Notes under the pieces: model-generated
The model's input: the letters and a program-made list of their open reading frames with translations, nothing else
Database searches by the model: none
Told to the model about the DNA's origin: nothing
Part shown: one piece after another, positions 58,087-64,000 of the stretch
Layout: every line of letters starts with the position of its first letter
How positions within the stretch are numbered: the first letter of the stretch is position 1
Translations under genes and position numbers: made by a program
NCBI GenBank assembly: GCA_902572775.1
Contig: CACGHF010000001.1
Coordinates: forward strand, 1,271-65,270
From: an uncultured Pelagibacteraceae bacterium
Lineage (GTDB): Bacteria > Pseudomonadota > Alphaproteobacteria > Pelagibacterales > Pelagibacteraceae
Direction: 5' to 3'
DNA: 64,000 bases

Positions 58087-59910
58087 ATGGAAAGAATTAT
58101 TACAAAATCATTTGCTAGACTTATGGGTCGAGGAACCCATAGAGGTTTTATAACTTATGAAGAGCTCAGCAAATCTTTAGGAAAAAGAAATTTATCAGAT
58201 GAAAATCTGGCTCAAGCATTTATTCATATTTTAGATGAAAATGTTACTTTGGTTGAAAAAAAATCTGATTTTAAAGTTTTAAGAAAAAAAGAAAATTCAA
58301 CTAAAGAAGAAGGAAAGACTATCGAAAAAAGTGACGACCCAATTAGGATGTATCTCAGAGAAATGGGTGGAGTTGAATTACTTTCAAGAGAAGGTGAAAT
58401 TGCAATAGCTAAAAGAATCGAAGCAGGAAAAGATGTGATGTTAATTGCATTGTCACAAAGTCCAATAACAGCTCAACAATTTTTTCAATGGAATGAACAA
58501 CTTCAAAAAGATGAAATTTTAGTGAGGGAAATTATAGATATAGATACTAATTATATGGAAGACGAAACAACAGGACCAAGTGCAAAACAAAAAAATGCAG
58601 GAGAAGTTGATAAAGAAGATGGCTCCTCAGATGAAGACGAGGAATTTAACCCCACTCTTGCAGCAATGGAAACTGAGATCAAGCCTAAGGTTTTAAAAAC
58701 TATTAATATACTTACTAAAGAATATACAAAATTAATTAAATACCAAAAAGAAAAATTAGACTGTGTTTTAAATTTGAAAAATTTTTCAACTGCAAAAACA
58801 AAAGGGTATGAAAAAATTGTAAATGATATTTTAGAAAATATTAAATCACTTCAATTATCCCCATCTGTTTTGGAGGACCTTGTGCAAAAGCATTATTTAG
58901 AAAATAAAAAAATTATTTCTTTAGAGGGAAATCTTTTAAGACTTGCAATGGATCATAATATATCAAGAAATGAATTTATAAAATTTTATGTAGGTAATGA
59001 AATAAATCCAAATTTAAAAAAGTTCCTAGATACAAATAATATATGGAAGAAATTCTTTGTTAAAAATAAAGAAGAGTTTAAAAATATTCGTGAAAGACTA
59101 ATTGAAATAAGCCATAAGCTTGGAATATCAGTTACAGATTTTAAAAAAATTGTAAGCAGAATTCAAAAAGGTGAAAAAGAGTCAAGAATAGCCAAAAAAG
59201 AAATGGTAGAGGCAAATTTAAGATTAGTTATATCTATTGCAAAAAAATACACAAATAGAGGTTTGCAATTCTTGGACTTAATTCAGGAAGGCAATATAGG
59301 GTTAATGAAGGCTGTAGATAAATTTGAATATAGAAGAGGTTATAAATTTTCAACTTATGCAACCTGGTGGATAAGGCAAGCAATTACAAGATCAATCGCT
59401 GATCAGGCCAGAACAATTCGTATTCCTGTTCATATGATTGAAACAATCAATAAAATTGTTAGAACTCAAAGATTAATATTAAGTGAATTTGGAAGAGAGG
59501 CCACACCTGAGGAGCTGGCACAGAAACTTAGAATGCCATTAGACAAAGTTAGAAAAGTTTTAAAAATATCAAAAGAGCCAGTATCACTTGAAAAACCTGT
59601 TGGAGACGAAGAGGATAGTAGTTTGGGTGATTTTATAGAGGACACAAAAGCATTAGCACCATTAGAGCAGGCTATTAAGTCTAATCTGGGCGAGGCAACA
59701 ACTAAAATTTTATCTACTTTAACTCCCAGAGAGGAAAGGGTATTACGTATGAGATTCGGTGTGGGAATGAATACCGATCATACCTTAGAAGAAGTGGGTT
59801 TGCAGTTTTCTGTAACAAGAGAAAGAATTAGACAAATTGAGGCTAAAGCTTTAAGAAAATTAAAGCATCCAAGTAGGTCTAAACAATTAAAAAGTTTTTT
59901 AGAAAGTTAG
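58087..59910 (+). CDS. rpoD: RNA polymerase primary sigma factor
   Basis: [44 protein letters not shown]. Confidence 0.99.
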   Translation: MERIITKSFARLMGRGTHRGFITYEELSKSLGKRNLSDENLAQAFIHILDENVTLVEKKSDFKVLRKKENSTKEEGKTIEKSDDPIRMYLREMGGVELLSREGEIAIAKRIEAGKDVMLIALSQSPITAQQFFQWNEQLQKDEILVREIIDIDTNYMEDETTGPSAKQKNAGEVDKEDGSSDEDEEFNPTLAAMETEIKPKVLKTINILTKEYTKLIKYQKEKLDCVLNLKNFSTAKTKGYEKIVNDILENIKSLQLSPSVLEDLVQKHYLENKKIISLEGNLLRLAMDHNISRNEFIKFYVGNEINPNLKKFLDTNNIWKKFFVKNKEEFKNIRERLIEISHKLGISVTDFKKIVSRIQKGEKESRIAKKEMVEANLRLVISIAKKYTNRGLQFLDLIQEGNIGLMKAVDKFEYRRGYKFSTYATWWIRQAITRSIADQARTIRIPVHMIETINKIVRTQRLILSEFGREATPEELAQKLRMPLDKVRKVLKISKEPVSLEKPVGDEEDSSLGDFIEDTKALAPLEQAIKSNLGEATTKILSTLTPREERVLRMRFGVGMNTDHTLEEVGLQFSVTRERIRQIEAKALRKLKHPSRSKQLKSFLES

Positions 59911-59940
59911 TAAATTTTTTATAAATATTAGAATTTATTT

Positions 59941-60015
59941 GGGCCGTTAGCTCAATAGTAGAGTACTGCATTGACATTGCAGGGGTAGTTGGAGCGTAAC
60001 CAACACGGCCCACCA
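59941..60015 (+). tRNA. tRNA-Val(GAC) with non-canonical D- and T-loops
   Basis: All four stems pair (GGGCCGT/ACGGCCC, GCTC/GAGT, CTGCA/TGCAG, GTTGG/CCAAC); anticodon GAC, A73, CCA; T-loop AGCGTAA, D-loop AATAGTA. Confidence 0.9.
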
Positions 60016-60074
60016 TAAAGCTTTTTACTGGAATTAAAATTTTAGAAAATTAATATGATTACAATTAATAGAAT

Positions 60075-60470
60075 ATGTTTAAAAATTTAAATTCTAAAAT
60101 ACTTTATCTAATAATAATTTTATTATTTATCTCAACTACCTTCGGTTTTTTTTTAAATAGTTATAAGCTTGTTAAAAATGATTATTCAACCAGAATGATC
60201 TTAACATATGGAGATTGTTCAAAAGAGGGATATGGTTTTACAAAATTTATAAATGATAAATATAAGTCAGATTTAAATTATTTAGTAATAAATGGAAGAC
60301 CAGATGCTTTTACTACTACTCAAGATTTATTTTATAATAAAAATAAAACTTTTAGTGATCAATTTAGAATTCTTATAAATTATGATAAACAGCTTTTAAA
60401 GAATTTTGAAAAATTTGATATTTTAGAAAAAAAAGAAAATTGTTATTTTATTAAATTATTAAATGATTGA
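60075..60470 (+). CDS. Hypothetical protein, N-terminal TM anchor with two Cys
   Basis: 131-aa ORF overlapping the next gene by 8 nt. Confidence 0.75.
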   Translation: MFKNLNSKILYLIIILLFISTTFGFFLNSYKLVKNDYSTRMILTYGDCSKEGYGFTKFINDKYKSDLNYLVINGRPDAFTTTQDLFYNKNKTFSDQFRILINYDKQLLKNFEKFDILEKKENCYFIKLLND

Positions 60471-61779
60471 AATTTTATCTATATACTCTCAATTAATTAT
60501 ATTTTTAGTTATTTTTCAATTTCCATTTAACAAGCTAATTTTAAAAAGTTTTGGATATATTGAAAGTAATTATTTTAACATACTTATATATAATATTATA
60601 ATACAATCTTTTTTTTATTTGATAATTTCATTTCTTTTAATTGATATTAAAATTTATTTTTACATTCAAATTTTTACTGGGCTGTTATTTTTAATATTTA
60701 ATTTTATTTATTATTATAAAAACTACAGAGGAATATCTTTCGAAAGCTTGGCATTAATTTTAATTTTTATTTTATTTAACTTAATTTTGTTTACTTACAT
60801 TGCATTAAATTTAAAACTAGAGTGGGATGCTTTAGCTCATTGGCTTCAAAAAGCTCAAGTCTTTTACCAAAATGGAACGTTTGCAGATTTAAAAAATGTG
60901 TCTTTTTCATATTATCCTCACTTTGGTACTTTTTTGTGGGGATTTTTTTGGAAGAATAGCTTTGTACAATTGGAGTATCTTGGTAGACTAATACTTCCAT
61001 TTTTATATTTATCCGGAATCTTTTTTGCTGCATCTAATTTGTTAAATAACAGAAATTATTTATATAAAGTATTTTTTTTAATACTAATACTAACTTTAAC
61101 TTTAGATTATTATCTATTTGGTGGTTACCAAGATTATTATTTATTTGTTGAATTATTAATTTTTTCAAAAATTTTTTACAATTATCAAAAACAAAATCAT
61201 TCTTATTTTAATTTTTGTTTATTATTCTTAATTTTAGTTTTAATACTTTGGACCAAACAAGAAGGTTTCTTTTACAATTTAATACTTTCATCAGTTTTTA
61301 TTTTTTTCTGTAATAAGAATTATAAAATAAGATTTTTATTTTTGGTATTAGTTACTATCTCATTGATTTTACAAATTTATTTAAAAAATATCTTTATAGG
61401 ATCCTTTGAGTTTAATGAAAAGATTTTACATCGAGAACTTCTGGAATATCTCAATATATCTAATTTTTTGAGTACTTTTATAGTAATCTCTAAACATATA
61501 ATTATTTCAATTTTTAGGTACCCTATTTGGATTTTGATATTATTTATTTTATTTTTCTCAAAATTTATAAATAGAGATAAGTATTTTAATAATTACTCAA
61601 TTTTTTATCTTTTTTTATATTTTATTTTTGTTTATTCAATTTATTTTCAAACAAGAATGGATTTAGACTTTTTATTACCAATTACAATAGACAGAATTTT
61701 ATTACAAGGATCAGGTTTTATGGTGTATCCAATATTATTATATTTTGAAAATTTCATTAATAAAAATAAATCTTTGTAA
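60463..61779 (+). CDS. Polytopic membrane protein, possible GT-C-fold glycosyltransferase
   Basis: About 12 hydrophobic segments; loop EWDALAHWLQKA...YP, GYQD and KQEG motifs resemble GT-C/PMT-like proteins. Confidence 0.65.
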   Translation: MIEILSIYSQLIIFLVIFQFPFNKLILKSFGYIESNYFNILIYNIIIQSFFYLIISFLLIDIKIYFYIQIFTGLLFLIFNFIYYYKNYRGISFESLALILIFILFNLILFTYIALNLKLEWDALAHWLQKAQVFYQNGTFADLKNVSFSYYPHFGTFLWGFFWKNSFVQLEYLGRLILPFLYLSGIFFAASNLLNNRNYLYKVFFLILILTLTLDYYLFGGYQDYYLFVELLIFSKIFYNYQKQNHSYFNFCLLFLILVLILWTKQEGFFYNLILSSVFIFFCNKNYKIRFLFLVLVTISLILQIYLKNIFIGSFEFNEKILHRELLEYLNISNFLSTFIVISKHIIISIFRYPIWILILFILFFSKFINRDKYFNNYSIFYLFLYFIFVYSIYFQTRMDLDFLLPITIDRILLQGSGFMVYPILLYFENFINKNKSL

Positions 61780-61820
61780 ATAAATAAAATTAATTCTATA
61801 AAAGGTTAATTTTTCTTTTC

Positions 61821-61849
61821 TTGAATGAAATGCAAAAAGGAAGTAAAAC
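61821..61849 (+). promoter_or_regulatory. Candidate sigma70 promoter of the CAT tRNA
   Basis: TTGAAT-17nt-TAAAAC ending 15 nt before the tRNA. Confidence 0.5.
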
Positions 61850-61864
61850 CAACGTGATTATTAA

Positions 61865-61941
61865 GGGCCTGTAGCTCAGTTGGTTAGAGCAGTACACTCA
61901 TAATGTATTGGTCCCAGGTTCGAGTCCTGGCGGGCCCACCA
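61865..61941 (+). tRNA. tRNA with CAT anticodon, most likely tRNA-Ile2 (lysidine)
   Basis: Canonical cloverleaf with CCA; GGGCCTG/CGGGCCC acceptor with C4-G69 and C5-G68 (TilS determinants); no initiator features. Confidence 0.92.
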
Positions 61942-62014
61942 AATCTAGTAAAGTCAACGTTTATAAATCTAAGTTTTTCAGAATTTTGTAAAAAAATGCT
62001 TCATAAATTTTTTT

Positions 62015-62035
62015 ATTGTATACGAAATTGTGTAA
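62015..62035 (+). repeat. Direct repeat copy 1: ATTGTATACGAAATTGTGTAA
   Basis: 20/21 identical to 63923-63943. Confidence 0.85.
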
Positions 62036-62091
62036 CAAAAATTACTTGGAATGCACTGGTCACTTAATGTGAGTGTGTTATATTTTTTACG

Positions 62092-62592
62092 ATGTATCGT
62101 GAATTAATTAAGTTTTTGGAAATTGGAAAACTAGAAAAAGGTTTATTTAGAGTTTGGGTTGTTTTAGCATTGATTTTTTATATTTTTTTTTATTCAGTAA
62201 TTTTTAATGAAGATATTTATAAAAACTTTAGAGAAGCTTCAAAAAGAAATTATTTTTGTACTACAAACGTTGAGTTTCAAATTGAAAATATTCCATTAGA
62301 AAACTTTGTTATTGGAGAGTTTTATGAATTTAGTAAAACATTAAAGGGGGTCAGGCCAGCGAAAAAATCTAGTTATTGGGACGTATTGGGGTTTTCCAAT
62401 ACACTAGGCCTTAATATTTTAGAGGATTATGACGATTTTAAAGATAAAAAAACTTGTGAAGAATTTATAAATAAGCCTAGAAATGATTTTTTTGGCGCAT
62501 TATTAATAATTACTTTTTTTCCGATATCAGTTATTTTTTTTTGGTTTTTTTTAAAAAAAATTTTCTTATGGATTTATAGGGGATTTAAATGA
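62092..62592 (+). CDS. Hypothetical membrane protein (two TMs around a Cys-bracketed loop)
   Basis: 166-aa ORF; preceded by TGGTCA-16nt-TATATT-7nt-ATG candidate leaderless promoter. Confidence 0.75.
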   Translation: MYRELIKFLEIGKLEKGLFRVWVVLALIFYIFFYSVIFNEDIYKNFREASKRNYFCTTNVEFQIENIPLENFVIGEFYEFSKTLKGVRPAKKSSYWDVLGFSNTLGLNILEDYDDFKDKKTCEEFINKPRNDFFGALLIITFFPISVIFFWFFLKKIFLWIYRGFK

Positions 62593-62996
62593 TGAAAAAA
62601 CTTTTATCAATCGTATTTCTGGGCTTAGTATGGTGTGAAAATGTTTTCGCTAGAATTTCAATATTTTCAGAGGGATCTGGAGATACAGGTGGTTTGTTGC
62701 CAGCAGTCGTACTCGGACTAATATTTGGTTTAATTTATCTTTATAATTCACATAAAGAAAAATGGGCAAGAGAAAATCCTCATGAGGCATGGGTCAAAGA
62801 AGCTACCTCAATGTATGGGAAAAAGCACGTTGAGAAAGTTCTTAGATCATCTGAAAGAGCTCAAAGAAAGCTAGAAAAAGAAAAAAAGATATATAATGAG
62901 AAAAGAAGAAAAATTTATCATGAGAAAAAAAGAAAAAAAATATTAAACCAAAAAAAAATAGATAATCTTTTTTCAAACAAAATTAAGCCCAAATAA
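62589..62996 (+). CDS. Hypothetical protein: signal peptide, TM, Lys-rich tail
   Basis: MKKLLSIVFLGLVWCENVFA leader; ATGA overlap with upstream ORF. Confidence 0.7.
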   Translation: MMKKLLSIVFLGLVWCENVFARISIFSEGSGDTGGLLPAVVLGLIFGLIYLYNSHKEKWARENPHEAWVKEATSMYGKKHVEKVLRSSERAQRKLEKEKKIYNEKRRKIYHEKKRKKILNQKKIDNLFSNKIKPK

Positions 62997-63016
62997 AACC
63001 AACTAGCCATGATTTA

Positions 63017-63124
63017 AGTGAAGGAATGCATTGGATTTCATTCCTTTTCACTCGTTTACGTTTTTTTTCATTATCTCCCTCGCTGCGTAAACCCCTTGAT
63101 ATGAAGAGGAGTGGAACCATCACT
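63017..63124. other. Structured intergenic element (candidate ncRNA leader or ssDNA hairpin site)
   Basis: 12-bp bulged hairpin 63017-63052, 7-bp stem 63054-60/63086-92, alternative 8-bp stem 63046-53/63109-16. Confidence 0.5.
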
Positions 63125-63177
63125 AACTACAAATTATTAACTCAAAAAAAATCAACTAATAAAAGGAGCTTTAATAC

Positions 63178-63363
63178 ATGGAAATAGACCGTGTTTGTAA
63201 GTACTGTCATGTAAGTGCTTACGTTGCATATGATAACTGCGACCCCGTTTATAAAAAAACATTCAAATTTGAAATATTACCAGGTGAGCACAACAGTTTG
63301 GTATGGGATAAGATAATTAAAATATTTACAAAAAATGGATACAAAGTGGAGCTCAAATCATGA
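63178..63363 (+). CDS. Small hypothetical protein with CxxCH
   Basis: 61 aa, clear AAGGAG SD, ATGA overlap with next ORF. Confidence 0.72.
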   Translation: MEIDRVCKYCHVSAYVAYDNCDPVYKKTFKFEILPGEHNSLVWDKIIKIFTKNGYKVELKS

Positions 63364-63923
63364 AAAGAGTTTTGCTTATTATATCGCTTCACTTATTTCT
63401 TTTTTTAATTGTATTTGCCTATCAAGCTCAAGCAGAGGAGGAAGAATGGATTATTGATAGATTTAAAGATCTGTCCTTTGCAAGAGTATCTGGAGAAGTA
63501 ATTCATGGGGATAGTTTAAATTTCTTTATTTCAACAGAGGACGATTGCACAAAAGTTCATAATAATTTTACTTTTTATACCTATGAAAAGCCTGGTGACA
63601 TAAAGCAATTAGTAGATAGAAATATTCCTATTAAATTAAACGGCGAAGATCTGACTGCAAAGGTTATAAGTGTTTCACCTTTTTTAATGGGATACAGAGT
63701 GGCCTTTAGTTTAGGTAAATTTCCAATAAAGGAATATGTCTATTTTTTAAATGAATTTTATGAGGAATTTCAAAAATTTGAAATTGAAATTGTGGATGGT
63801 ATTGATTTTAAAGTAGATAAATATTTTGATATTACCGCAAACAATTGGAAATTAGATAAATTGGTCCCATCTTTATTAGAGGCTAATAAAATTTGTAAAA
63901 ATATTAAAAATTTAGAAAGTTGA
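63360..63923 (+). CDS. Hypothetical secreted/periplasmic protein
   Basis: Sec signal ending AQA, two Cys, 187 aa. Confidence 0.78.
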   Translation: MKRVLLIISLHLFLFLIVFAYQAQAEEEEWIIDRFKDLSFARVSGEVIHGDSLNFFISTEDDCTKVHNNFTFYTYEKPGDIKQLVDRNIPIKLNGEDLTAKVISVSPFLMGYRVAFSLGKFPIKEYVYFLNEFYEEFQKFEIEIVDGIDFKVDKYFDITANNWKLDKLVPSLLEANKICKNIKNLES

Positions 63924-63943
63924 TTGTATACCAAATTGTGTAA
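63923..63943 (+). repeat. Direct repeat copy 2: ATTGTATACCAAATTGTGTAA
   Basis: 20/21 identical to 62015-62035; begins in the stop codon of the last ORF. Confidence 0.85.
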
Positions 63944-64000
63944 ATGAATTTAACGTTCAGCAATAAACTAATAGCTTCAACATTAATTTAAGTTCTCTCA

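Larger units (their letters stand above)
62015..63943. mobile_element. Putative tRNA-anchored genomic islet (no integrase in window)
   Basis: Four unrecognised ORFs directly downstream of a tRNA, bracketed by a 21-nt direct repeat. Confidence 0.55.

Noticed and set aside
61865-61941. CAT tRNA read as initiator or elongator Met
   Set aside because: Paired G1-C72 and no GGG/CCC anticodon stem exclude fMet; the acceptor stem favours Ile2, though elongator Met is not fully excluded.
63048-63080. Minus-strand GGGAG-ATA-ATG mini-ORF (MKKNVNE) inside the structured element
   Set aside because: Only 7 codons with short SD spacing; cannot be told from chance, though it could be a leader peptide.
63178-63363. 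CxxCH read as a c-type cytochrome
   Set aside because: No export signal and the motif is at the extreme N-terminus, so heme attachment by the periplasmic machinery is unlikely.
62015-63943. Direct repeats read as CRISPR, dif site or tRNA att-core duplication
   Set aside because: Only two copies 1.9 kb apart, no match to the tRNA 3' end, and no XerC/XerD inverted-arm layout.

Overview
AT-rich, tightly packed alphaproteobacterial chromosome segment. Gene order and content are typical of Pelagibacterales (SAR11); this assignment is inferred from recognition, not a database search. Bases 1-59,910 are core genome: the aa3 cytochrome c oxidase operon (including an uncalled 41-aa CoxF-like ORF), thrC/thrB, the crtI-crtB-crtY-blh retinal pathway running into ispH, the F0 ATP synthase genes, a short SMC with no recognisable hinge, mutY, the CcrM methyltransferase, petABC, prs/rplY/pth/ychF, a MarR-OmpR-EnvZ module, uvrB/uvrC, carAB and yqeY-dnaG-rpoD. 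There are three tRNAs: Gln-TTG, Val-GAC and a CAT-anticodon tRNA that is probably Ile2. The last 4 kb is accessory and holds the most unusual signals. (i) tRNA-Val(GAC) has intact stems but apparently co-varied D- and T-loops (no GG, no TTC). (ii) A 1.9 kb integrase-less cargo segment after the CAT tRNA is bracketed by a 20/21-nt direct repeat that resembles integrase arm sites. (iii) A structured non-coding element lies inside that segment. Other oddities are zero- or near-zero-gap divergent gene pairs, a GANTC cluster upstream of ccrM, and a gene split at a homopolymer. No CRISPR array, rRNA, transposase or integrase was seen.
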